From contig NIVC01002104.1 of NCBI GenBank assembly GCA_002269645.1, positions 19,773-83,772 on the forward strand: DNA of 64,000 bases, written 5' to 3'. The notes below the pieces were generated by a model. The model had not been told where the DNA came from. It searched no databases and saw only the letters and a list, made by a program, of their open reading frames with translations. Position numbers and translations under genes: made by a program. The stretch is from Macrostomum lignano. Taxonomy: Eukaryota. Below, one piece after another: positions 33,777 through 51,654 of the stretch (its first letter is position 1; each line of letters begins with the position of its first letter).

Positions 33777-34644
33777 ATGCGACTTACCGGTCTGCTGGCT
33801 CTGCTGTCGGTGCTGGGGACTGCACTGTCTGCGGCACAACAACTCGGTGAGCTTCTGTGGGAATTCCTGTCTTTGTATCCACCTATCTTTGTATCTGCCT
33901 GTCTTTGTATCTACCTGTCTTTGTATCTACCTGTCTTTGTATCTACCTGTTTTTGTATCTACCTGTCTTTGTATTTAACTGTCTTTGTATCTATCTGTCT
34001 TTGTATCTACCTGTATTTGTATCTACCTGTCTTTGTATTTACCTGTCTTTGTATCTATCTGTCTTTGTATCTACCTGTCTTTGTATCTACCTGTATTTGT
34101 ATCTACCTGTCTTTGTATTTTCCTGTCTTTGTATCTATCTGTCTTTGTATCTACCTGTCTTTGTATCTACCTGTCTACCTGTCTAATGCAGATCTAATGC
34201 TGATCTGATGCAGATCTAATGCTGATCTAATGCTGATCTAATGCTGATCTAATGCTGATCTAATGCTGATCTAATGCTGATCTAATGCTGATCTAATGCT
34301 GATCTAATGCTGATCTAATGCTATTCATCTAGCATCCTGTACTTGTGAATTCGTAAAATCCCTCAGATGAACAACAGTTGCGGCAGCAGAAGCCGATGCC
34401 GGATGCTGAACTCCTCACTGACCTCATTGAGAAGCGAGGCGTCGAGCTGGCGGGCGACATGTACTGCTGCGTGAACGGCATCCCCGGCTGCTGCCGCCGG
34501 CGCCGCCGCCGCTCAGCGCCGGGTGCCGACGAGGCCCAGGAGAAGCTGCGTGCCGCCTGCAGCTGCTGCCGCAGGCGGTCGGCCTTGTCGAGTCCCTCGC
34601 CCTGCTGCCTGGCCTGTCGCCAGTTGGCGCACCAGCTGGGCTGA
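33777..34644 (+). CDS. Secreted Cys-rich prepropeptide (neuropeptide- or toxin-like), 115 aa; exons 33777-33846 and 34367-34644
   Basis: Signal peptide MRLTGLLALLSVLGTALSA. Phase-1 GT-AG intron, acidic pro-region, KR site, GVELAGDMYCCVNGIPGCC, RRRRRR, then a second Cys cluster ending in Gly-stop. AATAAA at 34713. Confidence 0.8.
33870..34322. repeat. 16-bp (TGTCTTTGTATCTACC) and 11-bp (GATCTAATGCT) arrays filling the prepropeptide intron
   Basis: Direct periodicity. Confidence 0.9.
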
Positions 34645-34969
34645 AGTTGAACAACAAAGACTTGAAAACAAAACAAAAGCAGAACAAACAGATCGAACAA
34701 AATTCCCCTTGTAATAAACGTTTATGAGCTTTGACTCAAGCGGCTGCGACTTGCTTGCAAATGCAGCCTTTTTTCTGAATTTTGTTTGCTTCTGTTCGGC
34801 TGCAGTTGCCCAGCTCAGGGCTGCGAAATGCTTTCGGTCGATGCCGCCTTGCCGCGGGATGGAGTACTTATTGATTGGTCTCGGAACCTCCTACTCGTAA
34901 TTAGACAATGAGGCTGATGAGGGCTCTCTATTATGAGCGATCGAAGATGTCCCTCTGGCAGCTCGTGCT

Positions 34970-35255
<286 letters not shown>

Positions 35256-35791
35256 TGACAACAGTGGAAAATGCAGCTTCGCCAATGCTATTTTGGTCGA
35301 ATGCAGCTGCTGATCCGCCCACTCGGTCAAGGGCCAGCCCAAATTTACAATTGGCAGTGCGACGCACTCTTCAACTCTTCTTGAGTCTCGCGCGCACTTC
35401 ATTAATTAACTTTGCTGCTCAACTTCCGAATAATTTCAGCCAGTTTCGCCCCCCCCCCCCAGTTAGGAACTAGATTCCTTTCTCCATCCTTTTCTCCACT
35501 TGGAGCTGTCTACACATTGATTCATTGTCAGCGCGAGCTGGTTAGCAGAGGAAGTGAAAATCCGGCTTCCCAGCCGCCGAAAACATGTTTTCTTTATTTC
35601 TAGCCATGACAGTTTCTAGCCTCCAAAGGTAAATAGTCTTTGAGTTAATTCAATTTTGTGGGAATTCGTAGAAATAGCTGGTTAATTTGATCCATTGTTT
35701 CAAGTTCTGCGTGACAAAGCCGTGCTGACAATTTCCTAAGAGTTTTATTATTTACTATGCCCTAGCCAATTAGCTATGAGGGAGATAAGTG

Positions 35792-36022
35792 TCAGATGAG
35801 GGTGTCAGGTGAGACAGTAGGGATGTCAGTTAAGACGGTGAAGATGTCAGGTGAGACGTTGAGGATGTCAAATGAGACAGTGAGGATGTCAGATGAGACA
35901 GTGAGGATGTCAGGTGAGACGTTGAGGATGTCAAATGAGACAGTGAGGATGTCAGATGAGACAGTGAGGATGTCAGATGAGACAGTGAGGATGTCAGATG
36001 AGACAGTGAGGATGTCAGATGA
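35792..36022. repeat. 21-bp minisatellite (GATGTCAGATGAGACAGTGAG)
   Basis: 7-aa periodic pseudo-ORFs. Confidence 0.9.
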
Positions 36023-36549
36023 GAATATTTGAATTGAACGTTTCAAACAGTATTAATTTAAAATAGATTTTATGCTTCATACGGTACTTGTTGAGAAAAC
36101 AGATTTGGATAGAATATCTAGAAATTTCTTCCTTTAATCTTCACTTCCCCAGTCCATTAGTCCAGTTTACCCCAAACCGAATGGGATATTAACTGACGTT
36201 CCCAGCCGCCTTTGAGCAGCAAGTCAAGTAAAAGGCGGTTGAATTATTCACAATAAAATCAATGCGCCCGACCGCCACAGGATCGTATCTGAACGAAATT
36301 GAAGATCTTAACGTAAAATATGAAGTAATATTTATTTTTTTATGAAATCTACTCAACATACTACTGATCAAAAACTTGAGTAGTAATAACAGCTTTGAAT
36401 ATGGATGAAGGAATAAGAGTCTCGTGATAGATTCCCCTACTAGATTGTACACCAAGACAAGCAATGAAAAACGGGAGCCTTTTGGCAGGAGCAAATTGGC
36501 AAAAGCACTTTGGCATGAGTATTTGGACAGGTGCAAATCATTTCGATTT

Positions 36550-36845
36550 AATAATAGTATCGTTTGATTAATAGCATCGTTTTAATAATAGTGTCGTTTC
36601 AATAATAGCGTCGTTTTAAAAGCAGTGTCGTTTTAATGGTAGCATCATTTTAATGATAGTGTCGTTTTAATAATAGTGTCATTTTAATATTAGTGTCGTT
36701 TCAATGATAGTGTCGTTTTAATAATAGTGTCATTTTAATATTAGTGTCGTTTCAATGATAGTGTCGTTTTACTAGTAGTGTCGTTTTAATAGTAGCATAT
36801 TGTTTTAATAATGGTATCGTTTTTATAGAAGCATCGTTTTTAGTA
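36550..36845. repeat. Degenerate about 21-bp AT-rich repeat (TAATAGTGTCGTTTTAA)
   Basis: Direct periodicity. Confidence 0.8.
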
Positions 36846-38169
36846 GCATATAGTGCATAATAGTTTAGTAGTAATTTTAAGACTATTTACAAATAGAAAG
36901 CAAGATATTTGACATAGTGTTAACGAAAACCATCTACTATAATAGCATAGTTGCGGAACAATGATTGAAGCATTGCACGATACGATAACAATTTGTCTAT
37001 GGCCATTAAGATAAAACCTGACTTTACAAAATACAGGACGGCTCATGGCTGAATTATTTGCACAGGCAAGCACAATTAACAATACAAAGCATATGAAAGC
37101 TCTTAAACAAAATTTTAAATACAATAAGAACACTTATCTCAAGCTAAAAGAATGGCCGACTCAAACGATGTCGCCTGTCCAGCATGTCGTTTGATGCTCT
37201 CCAGCGAGAACATAGTTAGACATATTGCCAGCCAAAATGTCAACTTTATCAACGAATTTGACTGGAGCAACGGAACCATTACGTCCGGCTGTTGATGCAA
37301 CAAATCTGCTCAAGGCGAAAGCAATATGGCATTCGTTGAGAGTACAATAGCAACCCGAGACGTCGCGTAACCGTAAAACAAGTGTCGAGGCACATCGTTT
37401 GGACGTGTGCTCGAAAACCGGCAATCGATGGCACCGGCACCAGACACAACAGTGACGCCGCCGAACTAGATGAGCCCATGCCAGCCGGACCGTCAACCAG
37501 CGGCGTTACAACGGACCATGCGGCAACTCGCGATGAGAATGGAGACATCAGCGTCGACACCAACGTGACAGATGCAGCGACATGCAGCGAGATCGAGCAG
37601 CTACAACTGAGTCCGCTGATCCCGCACGACAGTCAGAACTAAACATACAAATGTCGAATAGTTCGCGTACGCAGGACTCAGATCGGTCAAAAAATCTACC
37701 AAACGCAAAACAGCGGACAACGTGGTCGTCTCAATTGCAGCATTAGATGGAGACACAATCAGTGCACCCGTCCGATTGAGCGCTAAGCAGACTGTTCAAC
37801 AGGCCAAGGCGACACGGCCACATGGCGACATGACGATGGCGACAAGGAGTCAATGCGACACGACGATGACGGCGGCTGCGTTGACAGACGTCGATTAGAA
37901 TGCGGAAGAGTTTTCACGTCGACTGTATGGTAAGAGAGAATATATTTTACATCAATCTGTGCAACTATACAGTAGTAATATACACTCAGCAACATTGAAA
38001 AGTGTCCACGTCTGCACAAAAGGCTACACTAGCTGAACGATTAGGATTGAAAGGTTTTTAACTATGTTTGGGCTATAGACAATCAAAATAAGGCAACAAA
38101 GAATGAACAGCGAAACAAATCCATGGCCATTTCCATGCTGTGTACGTGTCTAAAGCACAGTCAGTAACA

Positions 38170-38417
38170 CGTATAGATAGCAACCACGAGCGTCCAACAG
38201 ACCGCTCACTCGTCGAGTCATTCCCGAACAAGGCGCCGCAGAAAGTCTTGTGGAAGCTGTTGCCACGCGACTGAAAGCGCATTGCGCAGCTGAACCATGT
38301 TCTAGGGGGATAGAGATTGATACACCGAATCATGCGCTTCAGGAAATCACACACTTGCTCAATCGAGTTCATATCCGGTGATCTGGACGGCCAACGCAGA
38401 GTGCGCCAATCAGTCAT
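38170..38417 (-). pseudogene. Tc1-like transposase C-terminal remnant
   Basis: WRTLRWPSRSPDMNSIEQVCDFLKR resembles the Tc1 WPSxSPDLNPIExxW motif. After a frameshift: QLRNALSVAWQQLPQDFLRRLV, then stops. Confidence 0.75.
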
Positions 38418-38550
38418 TTAGCGGACTACGCTCGTATCGTTGTCATCTGCATCCAGATGCCTCCAGTAAACCCCTGTACACTCGTTACTGTAACGCTTTT
38501 CCCTGTGACACCAGATATTGGTTTTTACACTTTCCTGCCCTTTTTGCTCA

Positions 38551-39381
38551 TTTGTCTATGGCCCAAAACCAATTGGCGAAACCATCGATCCTGCTGCCCA
38601 TGGACCCTTGGCGCAAGGGTGGGCACTTTTAAATGTTGCTGAGTGTATATAGTTTTTAAACTTTGTTGTTCTATATATTTTGTCTTAACCTGCCTCCATA
38701 GATATTGCGTCTGCGCTACAGACTTCGTCAGCCAGATTCGAAGGGTTTATTCAACAGCAACAACGAATCCTAGTCTACTGGCTAATAAAGTGGACGCTGT
38801 CGATATGGTGCGCGCACTTCGTTATCATGTTGACCTAGTTGTCCGCAATCTGTCAGTTTGCAAAATGGCATTTCGCACTGACACTAGCGGTACTGCCGTC
38901 GACGATCTCGAATAAGGGAGTAGACATGTCCGCTAGATTTTCGCCAATGCCATTGATGGCTTTGAACGCATTATATTGCAATAGTATTTAAACAAACAGG
39001 ACCATAACTCATGCTGAAACTCGATCTCGTTTACGCTTGTAGCTGAACTTTTGTTGAAGTGACCTGCTTAAAACTTTCTTTAAAACTTTGAATTTTTTTA
39101 GTTAATGATCATGGGATGCCAGATGAGACACACGGCGTACATGCTCGTTGTATACACTCGATGTAAACACTCAATGTACATACTCAATGTACACACTCAA
39201 TTTACACACTCAATGTACACACTTAATGTACATTCAATGTACACAGTGTTCACACTCAATTTACACAATCAATGTACATACTCAATGTACACACCCAGTG
39301 TATACAATCGACTCTCTCTAAACTGGTTTCCCAAAGATTTGCTTGTTGCTCAACGGTCAATGGGGTTTTGCCATAGACAAA
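38551..39381. mobile_element. Putative MITE bounded by TTTGTCTATGG...CCATAGACAAA imperfect inverted repeats
   Basis: Left TTTGTCTATGGCCCAAAACCAATTG versus right-end reverse complement TTTGTCTATGGCAAAACCCCATTG. No clear TSD found. Confidence 0.45.
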
Positions 39382-41466
39382 GTCAAGGTACAGGTAAAAA
39401 ATCCGTTAAGAATAGTTAACCTACAGAAAGTGCATTTCTCGCCTCTTTCCCAGTCTCATCCTTTTCCCGAGGAACAGCAACTTCTATGGTAATTTATCGG
39501 TTGTAGGAGTCCTGCTACAGTTGCATTTAACAAATGTAAACTAAACAAAACCAACAACAACATGAAGTTTAACATAGTAAGAAATACGCCGTACACTGTG
39601 GAAGCGTCTTTTAAGCACTCACTCAAAAACGATTTCAACAGTGTTGGTGTTACCGTTGATGTTAGGCCTCATTTTCTTTGCAGGATTAGCTCTCACTACG
39701 TACTTTGTTCCATAGCTTCAATAGAGAGTTCAGGCTCGGTTTTAATAGACTGAATTGATGACTGACCACCAGAAGAGCATGCGATACTTTAACATGGTCT
39801 TGTACGTGAAACTGAATATAGCGCTCAATAGCTGTCGAAGAGTGTCCTGTCACACACGAGCAATGTCCTCTCTAGCGAAGCCAGCACGGTGTAGAGTACT
39901 TGCGCAAGTCTTGTATAGAGACTGATTACCTTTCAGTCACTCCAGTTAGGGGAGCCGTTAATTCACGAACAACACCGTCCAAGCTGTGACGGCCGACGGG
40001 TGACAACTAGTAGCAGGATTCGTTGTTGCGGATTCTTTACTTTCAAAATATCTTAACACTCTAGATCTAAGTCGTCTTGCATTGTAAAATGTTACTGTTA
40101 TGTATGTAGGAGACAAAAAAAATGGATGAACTGCTGTTATAGTTAGCCTAGGCTTGTTGAAACGGGGAGAAACGCACAGCATCCCGCCCGCTGCAATAAT
40201 CTATGGCCAACTTCAATAAGTAAAAAACTCGTATGCATATAAGTATCTAGTTAATGTTTCTACAACTTGTATATTTTAAAAGTAAAGCTTAGTGCTGCTT
40301 AATAATTCTTAGTATCAGTTACTATTTTTTCAATTCGCAAAATAAGGAGTTTTGGCCATAGACAATTTTGGATTTCATTATTTCTTTGTCTTGTGTGCTG
40401 GTGTGCTAATGTGGGGGCTCCGCTACGCGCCTCAGCGTTATAGCTCATTTCTGCCCTCTGCAGCCCATCAATATTGGTATCAATATGAGACCGGGAGTGA
40501 ACGTAATTTATTTGCTTTTTGGCAGTCACCATACAAACAGCTAAGGAGAAATTAGGCAATAAACCAGAAGCAGAATAGCATATCGAAATGTTTAGTCCAT
40601 CACTGAAGTCAGCCTGGCGGACTGCGGCAGGAATCGATGGTGCCATCACAGTGAAATCCAAGGGGTCAGATGCAACCCAAGGGGTGAAGAAGGAGAGCTG
40701 GCTGAGGGTCAGAGGGTTAGAGCGATATCTGAAGGCTTTCACACTCAGTCTCATATTGAGCGTCTTATTCTCATTTTGATATTCCATTTTTTAGTCTATG
40801 GCCAAGCCATTCCTGCAGCCAAGACTGGGCATGATCTGGCCGTGGCTAGCCTGGCCTTGCTTGCGATCCTATGCAGTCTTATTTTGAATGTCTAAAGTCT
40901 TATCTAGAGCGTCAAAAGCGATATATTAGGTTCACAACATTTTAGCCAGTCAGTCACATAGTTTGTGCCACAGACTAACTGTACTGGATATTGATGCGTC
41001 TTCGGCTTTCTGTAGGCTTCGCCTCGGCCTGAGAAATGCATCCTCGGACTTCCTTTTCCATAGCCACACTGGGAAAAGGATGAGAATGTATACATGTCAA
41101 CAGCCGAGATTTCTTTGGAACTTGGAGCTCACTTGCATTTATAAGAAAAAAAGTTTAGATAAACTTGCAATGCGGCAGGTGTTTGCTTGCTCCATTCTGG
41201 AAACCGGGAAAAGTCCAGAAGATAAGATTTATTAACAACTTGGCGCCACAAAAAAAGATGAAAACTTCCCATTTTGCCAATGTAGCGAAATTCGCACGAT
41301 TTGCGAGCGCAGAATCCTTCTGCATCAGCTCACCCAACAACCAATGAGAACTCTCAAAGCCTCTGAGTCTGCTGACAAACTCTTTATCTCCAGCTGCAAG
41401 TTGAGCAAATCAATCCCCTGATCATGGTAACTAAAACCTCAGAGCTTCAATGCAGAGTCCGATACG

Positions 41467-47288
<5,822 letters not shown>

Positions 47289-47317
47289 CAAATGCGAGTT
47301 TTACGTTCACTCAAATT

Positions 47318-48325
47318 GAGCGGAGAGGCAGATTCAAGGGCTGCTGAGGGAGCGGAGAGGCAGATTCAAGGGCTGCTGAGGGAGCGGAGAGGCAGATTCA
47401 AGCACTGCCTGAGGGAGCGGAGAGGCAGATTCAAGCACTGACTGAGGGAGCGGAGAGGCAGATTCAAGCACTGACTGAGGGAGCGGAGAGGCAGATTCAA
47501 GGGCTGCTGAGGGAGCGGAGAGGCAGATTCAAGCACTGACTGAGGGAGCGGAGAGGCAGATTCAAGGGCTGCTGAGGGAGCGGAGAGGCAGATTCAAGGG
47601 CTGCTGAGGGAGCGGAGAGGCAGATTCAAGGGCTGCTGAGGGAGCGGAGAGGCAGATTCAAGGGCTGCTGAGGGAGCGGAGAGGCAGATTCAAGGGCTGC
47701 TGAGGGAGCGGAGAGGCAGATTCAAGGGCTGCTGAGGGAGCGGAGAGGCAGATTCAAGGGCTGCTGAGGGAGCGGAGAGGCAGATTCAAGGGCTGCTGAG
47801 GGAGCGGAGAGGCAGATTCAAGGGCTGCTGAGGGAGCGGAGAGGCAGATTCAAGGGCTGCTGAGGGAGCGGAGAGGCAGATTCAAGGGCTGCTGAGGGAG
47901 CGGAGAGGCAGATTCAAGGGCTGCTGAGGGAGCGGAGAGGCAGATTCAAGCACTGCCTGAGGGAGCGGAGAGGCAGATTCAAGCACTGACTGAGGGAGCG
48001 GAGAGGCAGATTCAAGCACTGACTGAGGGAGCGGAGAGGCAGATTCAAGCACTGACTGAGGGAGCGGAGAGGCAGATTCAAGCACTGCCTGAGGGAGCGG
48101 AGAGGCAGATTCAAGCACTGACTGAGGGAGCGGAGAGGCAGATTGAAGCACTGCCTGAGGGAGCGGAGAGGCAGATTCAAGCACTGCCTGAGGGAGCGGA
48201 GAGGCAGATTCAAGCACTGACTGAGGGAGCGGAGAGGCAGATTCAAGCACTGCCTGAGGGAGCGGAGAGGCAGATTCAAGCACTGACTGAGGGAGCGGAG
48301 AGGCAGATTCAAGCACTCACTGAGG
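47318..48325. repeat. 32-33-bp minisatellite (GAGGGAGCGGAGAGGCAGATTCAAG...) just 3' of the RING gene
   Basis: Two unit variants (GGCTGCT and CACTG[A/C]CT); shares a 23-bp core with the intron-3 array. Confidence 0.95.
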
Positions 48326-48984
48326 CAAGTGACCTAGTTGGAACCTTTTGTTCGCATAATTAATTGCTTTATCCACTCACATCTGTACACAGCATGCTGG
48401 TTTCAATGCAACAAATTTGAATTCATTACTTAGTCCCAATGGTCATTCAAAAATGGATGAAAATTAACTGAACCTGTAAATCGAGTCCAAGTCCCACCCC
48501 GAACCGCAATAGTTTTTGTTGTTAATTATTCATCCTTAAATGTGATTGGCTGTTGAAAACGCTAAAAATTCCAAGAAATGATGAGATAATTAAATAAAAA
48601 AAATTTTGTTGATAATTTTCTTCGCAAGATTTCTTGGCACAGAATTAGATGAGAAACGAGTGTTAGAATGTTGTTGAAATGGTTTATTTTATAAAGCATA
48701 TGTTCTAGGTAAAACCAGTGGGTAAAACGAATAAAGACATAAACGAGCAAAAGATTCAAAGATAATTTTTTGTTAACCAAGCAATACAGAAGCCATTTGC
48801 ATCGAAGAAATTTGCAAGCAAAAATGACACAACTCGGAGACAGACATAACTGAGTGAACAAAAATTGGATTGACATTGTATGTTTTACGGTAGAACCAAA
48901 TTTAATAATTAGTTTCGACAGTCCTGCTGTGACTGATACGAATTTAAAAGTTGGAAGTGGGTCACTGTTTCAATTAAAGAGGTG

Positions 48985-49365
48985 ATCAGTCTGGGCCGGG
49001 GGTACATTGATGGGGTGGTGGGTGGGGGCTAGTCTGGGCCGGGGGTACATTGATGGGGTGGTGGGTGGGGGCTAGTCAGGGCCGGGTGTATATTGATGGG
49101 GTGGTGGGTGAGGGCTGGGCCGGGGGTACATTGATGGGGTGGTGGGTGAGGGCTAGGCCAGGGGTACATTGATGGGGTGGTGGGTGGGGCTAGTCTGGGC
49201 CGGGTGTATATTGATGGGGTGGTGGATGAGGGCTGGGCCGGGGGTACATTGATGGGGTGGTGGGTGAGGGCTAGGTCGGGGGTACATTGATGGGGTGGTG
49301 GGTGAGGGCTAGGCCAGGGGTACATTGATGGGGTGGTGGGTGAGGGCTAGTCTGGACCGGGTATA
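48985..49365. repeat. G-rich about 38-43-bp tandem repeat (GGGCCGGGGGTACATTGATGGGGTGGTGGGTGAGGGCT)
   Basis: Direct periodicity; G-runs suggest quadruplex potential. Confidence 0.85.
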
Positions 49366-50199
49366 CGTCAATGGGCCGGCTGCATAATGTCAATTCGAAG
49401 AAAAAAGCTGGCTTAATCCATATACTAAAAATGAGTTGTCTGTGACTAAGAAAAAAACAGGCTTAACTGCATCTAAAAAGCAGAACCACCAGATGCGAGT
49501 GAAACGCAAGCACAAAACAATACTGAAAACTTTACTATATAGTTCAGTTTGACAGACAAAATCTGAAATAAAAATCAAACACATTAAGAGATCATTTGTG
49601 CATAAAAATCGAAGGAATTCCAAAGCAATAAAACAATTTTATGAGTGACAGAATAAGAAATCAAGTCAGAAACATAAGAAATATACAAAATAAAGCAATT
49701 AGGATAAGAGAACTGATCAAAATTTGCTGATAGATAATAATAAAAATCCACAGCACTCAGTCAAAAGTAGAGAGGAACTGATATAATATCAAATAAATCA
49801 AGAGCATTAATTATTGCAATATTTTTTGAAATTATATATTAATAATAATGTCAAAACATCCGCAATGGTGAGTAGCGGCTTACAAAATTTCAAGACCTGT
49901 CTCCAAGTCAAGTCAGTAAAAATGGCAGTAGATTGTAAAATTGTAGGCACCTTTAAAATTCTACAGCCTATAGAAGGATTTACAGGATAAGTATTGTAAA
50001 ATGGGAACTTCTACACTCGAGAGTATAAACTTGAGACCTGTGCTACGGTTTGATTGTCTTAGATGTTAGACAAATAAAACAGAACACAACAAAAGAGAAC
50101 AGCCGTTTAAATAAGGTTATAGCAAACAAGAAACTACTTTATTTTGATTATTCGCTTTGCTTGAAAAAGTAAAAACCTGTTACATATACTGGAAATTTA

Positions 50200-50760
50200 T
50201 TAGATATGGGTGGAAACCCTACGGGTGGAAACCAGTTAGATATAGGTGTGAACCCGTTAGATATGGGTGAAACCCTGTTAGATATGAGTGGAAACCTGTT
50301 AGATATGGTTGAAACCCTGTTAGATATGGGTGAAACCCTGTTAGATATGGGTGAAAACCTGTTAGATATGGGTGGAAACCCGTTAGATATGGGTGGAAAC
50401 CTGTTAGATATGGGTGAAACCCTGTTAGATATGGGTGAAACCCTGTTAGATATAGGCGGAAACCCTGTTAGATATGGGTGAAACCCTGTTAGATATGGGT
50501 GGAAACCTGTTAGATATGGGTGGAAACCTGTTAGATATGGGTGAAACCCTGTTAGATATGGGTGAAACCCTGTTAGATATAGGCGGAAACCCTGTTAGAT
50601 ATGGGTGAAACCCTGTTAGATATGGGTGGAAACCTGTTAGATATGGGTGGAAACTTGTTAGATATGTGCGGACAACCTGTTAGATATGGGTGGAAACCTG
50701 TTAGATATGGGTGGAAACCTGTTAGATATGGATGGAAACCTGTTAGATATGGGTGAAAAC
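50200..50760. repeat. 21-22-bp minisatellite (CTGTTAGATATGGGTGAAACC)
   Basis: Direct periodicity. Confidence 0.95.
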
Positions 50761-51089
50761 CTGTTCTTGATAATGTATTAAACACGGGCGAATCAATCAA
50801 AGCAATCGAATTGAAAAGAAACATGCTGCTTCACGCAAACTCAGAAAAGTGCAGAGTCAAAAAAGCAAGACACAATGGAATTGTGCGCTGGAATAAACAG
50901 ACAGGAAGAAAGACAGATAGCAGAAACAGAGCCATTAAATGTTGAAAACACCTGCTGTGTACAAATACAATGACAGAGAAATATGTACAAACAGTAAGGC
51001 GTAGACAATTTACAACTAATTAATATACTCGTATTTCTTTGAATAAACCAGCTGAAGTTAGGACGCAAAATATGGGGACAATTGCGAAT

Positions 51090-51585
51090 TGATTGGGGTC
51101 ATTTGAGGACAACATGAACGGTCGTTTGTAAGGATAATATGGGAGGGGTCATTTGAGGGTACAATGGAGAGGTCATTCAAGGATACGATCAAGGGGTCAT
51201 ATGAGAACACGGACAAGGGGTCATATGAAAACACGACCAAGGGGTCATATGAGAACACGGACAAGGGGTCATATGAAAACACGACCAAGGGGTCATTTGA
51301 GGATACAATGGAGAGGAGAGGACAATCAAAGGGGTCATATTAGGATATGGTGAAGGGGTCAAATGAGGACACGGTGAAAGGGTCATGAGGACGCGGCCAA
51401 GGGGTCATATGAAGACGCGGCCAAGGGGTCATATGAAAATATGGCCAAGGGGTCATCAATGGAGAGGTCATTCAAGGATACGATCAGGGGGTCATATGAG
51501 GACACGGCCAAGGGGTCAAATGATCGATGGAGACGTCATTCAAGGACACGATCAAGGGGTCATATGAGGACACAGCGTCGGGGTC
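51090..51585. repeat. Degenerate AAGGGGTCATATGA-based repeat
   Basis: Core recurs about 15 times. Confidence 0.8.
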
Positions 51586-51654
51586 ATGCAAGAACACGCT
51601 AAAAGACAATAATAGATGCACTAAAGGCTGACACTCCAGTCAACAATGGATTTC

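Noticed and set aside
39958-40787. ORFs 39958-40182 and 40299-40787 as retroelement or host genes
   Set aside because: No recognisable motifs or splice-consistent partners; at most decayed repeat sequence.
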